A DNA stretch of 64,000 nt, taken from contig OX597831.1 in NCBI GenBank assembly GCA_951406725.2, positions 9,052,001-9,116,000 of the forward strand. The letters are read 5' to 3'. Shown here piece by piece: positions 53,929 to 64,000 of this stretch (position 1 is its first letter; each line of letters starts with the position of its first letter). Position numbers and translations under genes: made by a program. The notes under the pieces were generated by a model that did no database searches, was not told the DNA's origin, and worked only from the letters and a program-made list of their open reading frames with translations. This DNA comes from Octopus vulgaris (lineage: Eukaryota).

Positions 53929-54204
53929 ATTTGAATCCTTTTTGTGCGCAAAAGCTGAGTTGTCTGCATTCGTCCACTGTAGATTTTATGGTGAGAAGAC
54001 ACGTGAGCACAAACGCCTCCTTGTTGGCGGTGACGCGTAACTTCCCGTATATATGCCACAGGTCTGAATGAGGCTGTTAGGCGTGAATTTTTGGGAGGTT
54101 GACATGTCGGTAAGGTTGAACGGACATACAGCTTTTTGGGGTCATCGAACACTTTCTTTGGCTCTTGAAGCAAACACCCACTCGTGCACGCGCAGAAGTA
54201 GCCA
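53929..54204 (-). other. Candidate exon (276 nt, one open frame), unassigned
   Basis: Long pyrimidine tract ...CTATCTTTCAG| acceptor and AT|GTAATA donor. GC-richer unique sequence; frame GYFCACTSGCLLQEPKKVFDDPKKLY... is open throughout. No recognisable homology. Confidence 0.35.
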
Positions 54205-54220
54205 CTGAAAGATAGAAAGA

Positions 54221-54259
<39 letters not shown>

Positions 54260-55130
54260 TGATATTACGATTCAGTAATTGAATACGGTTGACGTAAACA
54301 ATTTCGCCTCTCCTCATTTGCATAAATAAGAACTTCTCACGCATATGAATAAAGCGAAAGAAAAGAGAGAAAGAGAGAAACATCCGACGTCAAAATAATT
54401 CAGTCTCCATTCAGTGACGCTCAAATAGGCGGCGCCAAAACGGCTGTGCCACAGCGTCTCACACACGTTATAGGCAGTTGTTCAAAGTAATATTACCTGC
54501 GATGCAGCTGCGAGGGAATTTCTTGTTGTGAGTCTGTATCCATGCGGTAGCTCAACTCTAACTGAAACGAACAATGAGATCAGACATTCCACCCATGAAC
54601 CTCTCATCTAATTGTAAAGACCGTAATGCATCATGTAAACATATTAACAAACAGGATTGACTTTATTATATCTTTATTTCTTTATATTTAAACATTCGAG
54701 TTGAGAGAGAGAGAAACGGTTGCTTCTCTTTTAGATTGAGAGACGGATAGCATTTGTATTTTTACAATGATTTCTTGTGGTCAGGCGGTGAGACTCGAGA
54801 GAGGATGACGGGTGTGGAAGCCATTTCTGGAATGTTGCAGTATTGCAAGACTATTGCCTGTTTAGTGTGGGTCAGAGGTAAACTGCTTTTACTGCCAAGT
54901 GTAGTATCAAATAATTCAATTTCTCCAATTCCTTTGCCAGCATTGTTTAGCTTAATTACGTTATAACACTGTATCTCTTCTTACATACAATAACGACGCT
55001 TACAGCAATTTAACCGGTTTTATTCTCTGCTTCTGTTTCCTACATATTTAGGTGGGTGTATATGCGTGTATATATGTTTCTGCATACATATAACTTTGTA
55101 TACCACAGTGAACGCGGGTCTTTGTGCATG

Positions 55131-55168
<38 letters not shown>

Positions 55169-55401
55169 TGTGTGTGTGTCTGTGCGTGCATATAAACATA
55201 TAAATATACATTTGCTCTTGGAACGTGTAATATTTTCTTAGTCCTGCCTACAGAGGAAAGCTCCATATTCTATTATCAATTACACATACGTACACACACC
55301 CAGAAACACATACACACACACACACATACACAAACACGTATATATGTACGAACACACACCCACACCACACGCCCACACTCGTATATAGCTGCTTATGTAT
55401 G

Positions 55402-55442
<41 letters not shown>

Positions 55443-55669
55443 TCTCTACTATAGAAACAACTCCTGAGATTTAGGCGGGGCTGGGGGTTATTTTCTACAT
55501 ATTACATCAACGCCCCCCCCCCCCAGCTCCCAATACACGACTGGTAAGTATTTTATCGATCCGAAGGGATGAAAGTAAAGTCGGCCTCAGCACGAAAAAA
55601 CCGGAATAAATGCTGTTAAGCATTTTGTCCGGTGTGTTAACGATTCTGACACTTTGCTGCCTTTGCAGA

Positions 55670-55845
55670 TGCGTATGAGGAATTATATACATTATTTACA
55701 TTATTTACATTATTTACATTTGACGGATATTTGTCATCTTGTTTGTTGTTAACAACGTTTCGGCTGATATACTCTCCAGCCTTCATCAGGTGTCTTGGGG
55801 GAAATTTCGAACCTTGGTTCTCATTCCTAAGGTATTTTTCGATGA
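55670..55845 (-). mobile_element. Penelope-type terminal repeat with canonical-core minimal hammerhead
   Basis: Minus strand 55751-55797 reads AAGACAC CUGAUGA A GGCUGG AGAGUAUA UCAGCC GAAACGUU GUU. Adjacent to (ATC)n(ATT)n. Confidence 0.65.
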
Positions 55846-55871
55846 TATCATTATCATCATCATCATCATCA

Positions 55872-55921
<50 letters not shown>

Positions 55922-55923
<2 letters not shown>

Positions 55924-56133
55924 GGTGATGAGCTGGCAAAAACCATAGCACGCTGGACGAAATGCTTAGCGTTATTTCGTCTGCCGCTACGTTCTGAGTT
56001 CAAATTCCGCCGAGGTCGACTTTGTCTTTCATCCTTTCGGGGGTCGATAAATTAAGTACCAGAGAGTACTGGGGTCGATGTAATCAACTACACCCTACCC
56101 CAAAATTTCAGGCGTTGTGCCTCTAGATGAAAG
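55922..56133 (+). mobile_element. SINE family B (alternative tail)
   Basis: Head, Meta-like body and tail as in 43629-43843. Confidence 0.85.
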
Positions 56134-56139
56134 TATTAT

Positions 56140-56752
56140 TATTAGTATCAGTTCATGGAAACTCATAGCTCACTTTGCTGGGTATGATGGAAAGTGTCAG
56201 CTGTCGACAGCCCGAAGACTAAGGTGACACTTGTTTACTGGTCATTCTTCAAGAACCCAGCGAAGAATTCCTGCAGTTCCAAACAATTCTGATTTTTGTA
56301 GGTGTTCTATTTTACCAATCTTTTTGAGCCATGATGGTAGCTTGAGTACTGATACTTCCAAGAACACCAGTTACTATTGGTATCACTTCAACTCTCTTCA
56401 CTGACCACAATCTTCGTATTTCCCACTTCAAATCGTCATAGCTGTTTAATTTTTCCTCTTCTTTCTTGATCTTGTTGTCACCAGGACATGCTATGTCGAT
56501 TATCATGCATGATCTTATGTTTTTATCCACCTCAACAATGTCCGGTTTCCGGTGTTTGGTCAGGTGATCACACTGAATCCTTTGATCTCACATGATTTTG
56601 CAATCTCGGTGACTTCTGGAGTTTGCTCCAACCACGCCATTGCTCTTTGTGGTCCCTGATTTCCATAGAGCTCCCTATGGATCAGTCTTGCTACATGCCT
56701 TCTTTTGTCATGTCTTTTGTTATCGCGTTGTGCTAATTTCGGGCATTACTTG
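56140..56752 (-). mobile_element. Decayed Dong/R4-like LINE 3' fragment
   Basis: CMIIDIACPGDNKIKKEEEKLNSYDDLKWEIRRLWSVKRVEVIPIVTGVLGSI...LFGTAGILRWVLE; bounded by (ATT)n. Confidence 0.85.
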
Positions 56753-56766
56753 TATTATTATCATCA

Positions 56767-56830
<64 letters not shown>

Positions 56831-57010
56831 TATTATTACTATTATTATTATTATTGTTATTATTATTATTATTATCATCATCATCATCATCATTATTATT
56901 ATTATTATTATTATTATTGTTATTATTATTATTATTATCATCATCATCATCATCATTATTATTATTATTATTATTATTATCGTCGTCGTCGTCGTCATCA
57001 TCATCATCTT
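56753..57010. repeat. Compound trinucleotide array (ATT/ATC/GTC)n
   Basis: Directly visible; explains the poly-I, poly-Y and poly-M ORFs. Confidence 0.95.
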
Positions 57011-57654
57011 GATTGATGATTGCTGTGATCGTATAAAATAATAATTATTATAGTAAAGTGAATAAGAGTACTGCTGATGATGATGAAGACAGAAACTGAT
57101 AATGTTGATGGCAACGACGAGGAGGAGGAGGAGGAAGGGAAGGACGACGATGACGATGACAGTAGCGGTGCAGGTGTAACAGAGATGAAAGATGAGAGAG
57201 GCTGACATTAAATCGAATGCCTTATGTAAATCACGACAAGCATATCTGCCGCTAATGAAATCAATCTGTTTGGACGGAAATTAATATTGAAACGCTGGCG
57301 ATGTTAACACAGAGCCTGCCATTTAGCTTAATAAGGATAATAATAATTAGTGTTTTTGGTGCACTTGCGTCACGAATGAGGATTCACAGCCGAGTGATGT
57401 TACCTGCTGAGCGTTAATAGATTCGCCTATAAATGTCTCCAATTTCTCTCACCTTTCAGGATATTTTTTTTTTTTCATCGGGCCCCGATAATAACAAAAT
57501 CGTTGTTCTGTTTCTGGAGCGTATACGTCACTGAAATCACATCATTCCTCTCGAACAAGTCGCCGGTCCATTGCATGTCTCAAAACAATTGGGTGAGGGG
57601 TGGGGACTCGATAACATTGACCCCCCCCCCCCAGAGGTCAGCTCGTAATTTATT

Positions 57655-58077
57655 CTCTCTTTACTCTTTTACTCTTTTACTTGTTTCAGTCATTTGACTG
57701 CGGCCATACTGGAACACCGCCTTTTAGTCGAGCAAATCGACCCCCAGGACTTATTCTTTGTAAGCCTAGTACTTATTCTATCGGTCTCTTTTGCCGAACC
57801 GCTAAGTAACGGGGACGTAAACATACCAGCATCGGTTGTCAAGCGATGTTGGGGGGACAAACACAGACACACAAACCTATACACACACATATATATACAT
57901 ATATATATATATACGACAGGCTTCTTTCAGTTTCCGTCTACCAAATCCACTCACAAGGCTTTGGTCGGCCCGAGGCTATAGTAGAAGACACTTTCCCAAG
58001 GTGCCACGCAGTGGGACTGAACCCGGAACAGTGTGGTTGGTAAGCAAGCTACTTACCACACAGCCACTCCTGCGCCT
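57655..58077 (-). mobile_element. SINE family A, full length, nested in a decayed family B copy
   Basis: Reverse complement of 26622-26998 with a (TAAAAGAG)n tail. Family B remnants at about 57590-57650 and 58085-58210. Confidence 0.9.
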
Positions 58078-58429
58078 ATTCTGTCAACTTCCAAGAAATG
58101 GAAAGCAAATTTGACATTGACGTGATTTGAACTGTTAACGTAAAGAACCGCGAGACATACAGCTAAGCATCTGCTTCGGCGTACGGACAAGTCTGTCAGC
58201 TCGACGTCTTTTATTTTCAGCGTATAGAATCTACCATTTCTTCAAAATTGCCTTCCTCTCAAAATGAAACTCAAAGATCTTGATGTTGTTGTTGTTGTTG
58301 TTAAACAACAAGACGGGTAGGGGTGATTAGATGATGGTCTAGAGCTTAGAGGCGGGAGACCCCAGACCTTGGAAAAAAGAATTTGGTCATCTTGTTGTAG
58401 TCGAGGGCTCTTCGTTGAAGTGGCCCTCG

Positions 58430-58890
58430 AAGTCGCTGGAAATGGAGATCTCCAGGTCCAAATTCTTGAACGGCGAAAGATCTTGATGAGGTTTTGGTGG
58501 AATAGAAAGATGCTTATCCTGAGTTCTTTCAACCTTGTCCACCGTAATACCTCATTTGCCATAGCCACAATCTTTTGCGATTCCAAGACAAAGAAAAGCA
58601 ACAATGACGTTCCTCACGGTGGACATGCTTGAACACAGGATTATTCCTACACGCGAAAAAAACTGTTCACTATGACTGCACCGGCGAAGTATATTCAGAT
58701 ACTAAACACGTCCGTGTAAATGGTTTCGTCTCTCTGCATACTCAACGACAATCCAGGCCGACGGCATTGCCATGCCTGTGCGAGGTCACCCAAAGGGAGT
58801 CCTGGTTTTTACCCCCATGCTGCGACGATAGAGAAGCACTTGTCCCCGCTAATCAAAGTGATCCTGCATCTGTAAAGTTTCTTGATCAAC
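58430..58890 (-). pseudogene. Possible decayed L1/Tx1-like LINE C-terminus
   Basis: VAMANEVLRWTRLKELR...FLFHQNLIKIFRRSR resembles Tx1-type ORF2 ends (AKxxIWxTR). Many stops upstream. Confidence 0.4.
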
Positions 58891-59094
58891 TTTAGGGAGT
58901 CGTCCCTTGTTAAGTAATTATCATTGAATTTCATTTCTATGCTATTGTTTACCAAGGCTGGTGTTTTTTTCTTCAAATAATCGATTCTGCGAAGCTTAGC
59001 GTTTTGGCAATGTTTCCTTGTAATTTTCTCTCTTTCGTCTCGATTGTCACAAATAAAGAAATGAATATTCCTAACGCTGATGTCTCGATTACCA

Positions 59095-59230
59095 AAAATG
59101 ACCAAAAGAGCATGCGACCACTAATACAAACCGCCGAAATGGAGTTTTTCCTTAGAGTCACAGAAGGAACATTATTCGACAGGGTTCGTAGCTCGGGGAT
59201 CAGGCTGTGTCTCCAGATCGATTCACCACT
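59095..59230 (+). pseudogene. RTE-clade LINE fragment
   Basis: KSMRPLIQTAEMEFFLRVTEGTLFDRVRSSGIR matches the RTE IQAAEMxFLRRVxGxTLxDRVRSSxIR motif. Confidence 0.7.
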
Positions 59231-60099
59231 TCATGCAGGATCGATTCTCCAAAACAACTATCTCGTGATCGACCAGACTATAGGATGTTGTTATACATCG
59301 CTGGCCACAATGTACTTTGCATTGTTTTAGGATTCGAATGATGCCACCCCAGTGACTGGGGGAGCAGACCAGCATTGCTCCTGATGAAGAGGCTAACTCG
59401 TCGCAGACTTACCCACTTACAGGGGAGTGGACTCGAAGAACCTGCAATGAAGTGATTTATTCGAGAACAACTCGCAGCTGATTCCGGGTATCGCACCCAC
59501 GATCTAGTACTCTGACCACTATGCTGTCGTAAAAACTGAGTTAAAGGAAAGCGATGATACTTGGCTGGAATGGTACGATAAAAGCCATTTGAGATATTTG
59601 TTCCCAGATTAGTTGTAAAAGCGGAAGGGTAGACGGCGTTAAGGGTCGGGGTGAACAAATGTAACCACCACAGCCTCACTTAATATTGAGGTTTCTTGAC
59701 CTCGACGATTTTGATTTCAAGGGATGAAATAACATCGTCTTCGGTAACATAATCTTACACCTGGATAGCTTTGACTGAGAAATAGAGGTGGATACCCTCC
59801 GAGCCACGACATCAAGCTGATTGGAAACCAGATCACTTGTTTGTGGTACCAAGCGCGGAAGATGGTTAGCGCCGGAAGGTGACACAATCCACGCACGGTG
59901 TCGTGGCTTCTATCTCTTTGTGTAGGTGTGCTGCCTACGCACATAAACACATACACATAAACACACATACGCATATGCACGCATACGCACATATACATAT
60001 ACAATTACATATATTTATATGTTTATATATGTGTGTATATGCATATATACAAATATATATGCATATATACGTATATATGCACATATATATGCATATATT

Positions 60100-60169
<70 letters not shown>

Positions 60170-60258
60170 CATATATATACATATATATTGTGTGTGTATA
60201 CATTCATACATATATATAAGGTGTATGAGTGTGAGTAATCTCATAGCAAATAAAAGAA

Positions 60259-60300
60259 CTACTACGACTACTACTGTTGCTGCTGTTGCTGCTGCTGCTT

Positions 60301-60338
<38 letters not shown>

Positions 60339-60363
60339 GTTGCTGCTGTTGCTGCTGCTGCTT

Positions 60364-60420
<57 letters not shown>
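60259..60420. repeat. (ACT)n / (GCT,GTT)n array with one higher-order duplication
   Basis: Directly visible. Confidence 0.95.
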
Positions 60421-61232
60421 ATCGTCATTATCAGTTAATTATCAGTCAAAGCTGACCGTTTACATAATCAACAGACCGTCTGCCGATAAGTCATATTGCA
60501 TTACACTAAATATTTGATGAAGTATTACAATATTAGTCTTTCATTAGACTTTTCTCACAATGTGTCTTTGATTTGGCACAGGTGCCAGAGAGATTCCTTT
60601 ACTGTTGAATTAACTCGACTGTCAAAGGCGTGATAGATCAGAGCCGCACAATGCGCTTCTACGTGCCCCCAAGAAGAGCAGTCAGTTCTGAGGTAATTAA
60701 CGTCATTCATAGATGTTATCTATTGAATTTAATAGGGCTCTAACTAACACATACTTAAAAAATAAATCTTTGATCTGTTTGTGAGGCAACATATTATTTT
60801 TCAGATTCTCTTTTATCTTCAGCTGCCATTTTGATATTTGCTTAGCAACGTCAAAAGCTGAATGTTGACTGCTGTAATATCAAATATTGTCTATACATTT
60901 ACATACATACATGTATATAATATGTATGTATATGTTTGTGTGCATACATATACATACACAGGTTTATATGATGTGTGTGTGTGAGTATATGAAGTTCATA
61001 TTTATTGAGAATTGTCGTATGTTGAATGGTATTAATGATACGTATTCGAATTTTGATGAAGCAGACATTGGATCTGACAGACGTGATTATCTCATTTTAT
61101 TCTTTGAGGACATTGTGTATCTAGGAGTACATTACACCAGCGTACCTTTCTTTCATTGTACAAGGTAGAAATCACTTTGATGTGAAGCATATGAAATTCC
61201 AAATTTACATTATGTTGTATTATTTATATTAT

Positions 61233-61432
61233 AGGTACAAGACCGGAATTTTGAGGGGATGGGCGAGTCGGCTACATCGGCCCCAGTGCTTGACAGGTGT
61301 TATTTACTGGGACCGAAGAAGATAAAAAAGAATGTCGACGTCGCTGGCACTTGAACTCAAAACTTAAAGACCCAGAAAAAAGGCTGCAAAGCATTTTGTC
61401 CGACGCACTAACGATTCTTCCGCCTCCTCGCC
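61233..61432 (-). mobile_element. SINE family B, decayed
   Basis: Degenerate reverse-complement match. Confidence 0.6.
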
Positions 61433-62022
61433 TGTCTTACGTTTTGTTATATCAAATATTGTTAATGGTATATTATTGTTCCATGTTGTTGTTGTTGTTG
61501 TTGTTGTGTAGTTCCAGACTGGTCGTGATCGAAGTAATCAATAATTAAATGTTTTCTAGATGTGATCGCACTGTAGCACTTTTCAGACGCAATGTATCAA
61601 GAAATACGCTACCCAGGCGGCATTATTCCTCTGAAGATCATAACATATACTGTCGATACACGCTTTAGCTCCATTTCTTGTAGGTTGGGTATCCACACAA
61701 AATTTGTTTTGATTGAAGATCGTGATTGAATTTCTATACTAAATTGCAGACCATACATTTCTTTGGCAAAAGCATGCATGTTCCTCATCACACAGCTTTT
61801 GTTTTCATATACAAATCCAATATGTCTCGTCGAGCAGGCCTTGACAACACTTATTGTGTAACATATTAAAGGAGGATATGTACAAAAAAAATGACGTTTA
61901 TTGGATACTATTTAGCATAACATAGCACTATTACAATAGAATGGTTGAAACAACTGGCCGGATGTCATTAGACGTAGAGTAAACCACAAAGGGACTGATC
62001 TTGGGAAACGCACACACATATA

Positions 62023-62170
62023 CGAGGTGGTGCTGAAAAGTTCCTGGCTTTAGGTGAATGAGAATGCAGGGAGAATCAGTTAATTATGCCTTTATTCAAC
62101 ATATTCCCAGGTCCCATTCAGACACTTATTACAGCGGTCATTCAGTTTTTCTAAGCCCTATAAAGAACCC
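62023..62170 (-). mobile_element. Mariner 3' end fragment
   Basis: TA|CGAGGTGGTGCTGAAAAGTTCC TIR. Minus-strand LEKLNDRCNKCLNGTWEYVE* matches a mariner C-terminus. Confidence 0.75.
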
Positions 62171-62286
62171 TGAAGTTTGGGCGTTCTATCAGACCTCTCG
62201 CAATATATACCCATAAAACGAGGTACTTTTCAACTCTCCCTCGTACTGGTGAAAACATGCAGAGAGATGTATACAAACCACACGCA

Positions 62287-62440
<154 letters not shown>

Positions 62441-62526
62441 CATACATACATATGTGTGTATTTATGTATGCATGTATGTATGTAAGTATGTATGTATGTG
62501 TGTGTGTGTATATATATATATATATA

Positions 62527-62738
62527 CAGTTCAAATTTACAGAAAACAAAAGACGATGACAGGTGTAGGAACAATAAACAGGTGTATTAGTTTGACGCTC
62601 GGGAAAAATGGAAAAGTCTTTGACGTTTCGAGCTTAGGTTCTTCGACAGAAAGGATTGAGAGGGAAAAATGGAGAGAGAATGAATAAAAACGGAAGAAGG
62701 AAAAAATGTGCAGAGTTCAACGGTTCCACATAGCGAGA
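62527..62738 (-). mobile_element. Short Penelope-type repeat with minimal hammerhead (A6U core), copy 3
   Basis: Minus strand 62618-62653 reads CUUU CUGUCGA A GAAC CUAA GCUC GAAAC GUC AAAG. Confidence 0.7.
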
Positions 62739-62787
62739 TATATATACACACATGTATATATCTATGTATGTTGTATGAATGTATGCC

Positions 62788-63107
62788 ACTCTGTCGGTTA
62801 TGACGACGAGGGTTCCAGTTGATCCTATCAACGGAACAGCCTGTTCGTGAATTTAACGTGCAAGTGGATGAATACTCCACAGGCATATGTACCCTCAACG
62901 TAGTCCTCAAGGAAATTGAGTGTGACACTCAATGTGGCATGGCTGACCCTTTGATATACTGGAACAACTCATTTTTGCCAGACGAGTGGACTGGAGCAAC
63001 GTGAAATAAAGTGTCTTGCTCAAGGGTACAACGCGTCGCTGCGAATTGAACACACGACCTTGCGATCGGGAGCCGAACGCCCTAACCATTAAGCCACGCG
63101 CCTTCAC
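62788..63107 (-). mobile_element. tRNA SINE with family C head and the 3' module of the 7948-8332 SINE
   Basis: Head and body match 4620-4758; 62788-62930 matches the reverse complement of about 8183-8325. Confidence 0.85.
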
Positions 63108-63759
63108 GTGTATAAATAGATATATATGAAATATAGTGATGTAGCTGATAATGAATGATTGATCATTAATGGAGATCTTTTGAGGATAACTGGCAATTGG
63201 CCAAGCATGAATGTCTCCACTTCCATGCCACAGAAGTTACCCCAATGAAGGACTTTTCACTTGGGCTGATGCTTGTTGGTAAGGTGTAGTGGAAGATCGT
63301 GTTTAGCCATATGTCTTCACAACATATATTTTTTCAATATTGCACTAAAAGACCTGTGACATATAATAGGCAAAACTTAATCAAAGCAGCAGAAACGTTA
63401 AATAAAAGATAAGAACAGACTTTCAGTCTTCTTTGACAGCGAAGTAAACTCTTCTATCAGAGCTGCTGGAATATTTCAAAGAGGAATAATTAAATAAAAT
63501 GAAAATTTTAACTCTCATGATAATTTTAGACGAGAAACTAAATTTAATAACGAATCCAAAAGATGAAAGATCCCCCACGCAAACATGAAAATATATTTTA
63601 TATAAAAGAGCATCTCTGAGAAAATACGAACCCTCACAAATAAATTTTATATCCAATGTGAGAGAAGACAAGGTTAACAGTGAGTGTGATAATGACGATA
63701 TCATTGCTGGGTGTAAGAGTGGTGCTATTGAGAAATATTGTACGATTAGTGTGAAAATG

Positions 63760-63900
63760 ACAACAATTGCAGGTGTTTATAAGCCATTTCAGAAACACAC
63801 AAAAACCGTTAGATTCGCTTCAACATTTAAATTTAATTTTAACAAAATGTTTTCGTCGCTTTGAGATCGCGATTTGTTCAGCACGGTATTTTGTCAATGA
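63760..63900 (-). mobile_element. Second copy of the 15385-15578 repeat (hammerhead disrupted)
   Basis: CACACAAAAACCGTTAGATTCGCTTCAACATTTAAATTTAATT...TTTTCGTCGCTTTGAGATCGCGA is shared with copy 1. Confidence 0.75.
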
Positions 63901-64000
63901 AGGCAGGGAGCTGGCAGAACCGTTAGCACGCCGGGCGAAATGCTTTGCGGTATTTCGTCTGCGTTACGTTGTGAGTTCAAATTCCGCCGAGGTCCACTTT
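63900..64000 (+). mobile_element. SINE family B head (runs off the window)
   Basis: AGGCAGGGAGCTGGCAGAACCGTTAGCACGCCGGGCGAAATG...GAGTTCAAATTCCGCC. Confidence 0.85.

Overview
AT-rich eukaryotic DNA, intronic or intergenic, saturated with microsatellites and interspersed repeats. The SINE types and microsatellite load suggest an octopus or other cephalopod genome (inference). No complete host gene, rRNA, true tRNA gene or CRISPR array is visible, and almost all listed ORFs are microsatellite or repeat artefacts. Recognisable elements: three tRNA-headed SINE families (CORE-, Meta- and V-domain-like); four mariner relics, one full length; several MITEs; a non-autonomous Helitron family with 3 copies; and LINE relics (HERO-like, Dong/R4-like, RTE, Tx1-like, Penelope). 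The most notable signal is RNA structure. (1) A hammerhead-like motif whose strands occur in a non-circularly permuted, pseudoknotted order lies in the 3' UTR of a HERO-like LINE fragment (1122-1239). (2) About ten minimal Penelope-type hammerhead motifs are scattered through the window, with C3-G8, G3-C8 and U3-A8 covariant cores plus A6U and U4C variants. One of them follows a GIY-YIG endonuclease fragment fused to a Helitron 5' end. A few minus-strand candidate exons are unverified. All calls were made by eye, without database searches.
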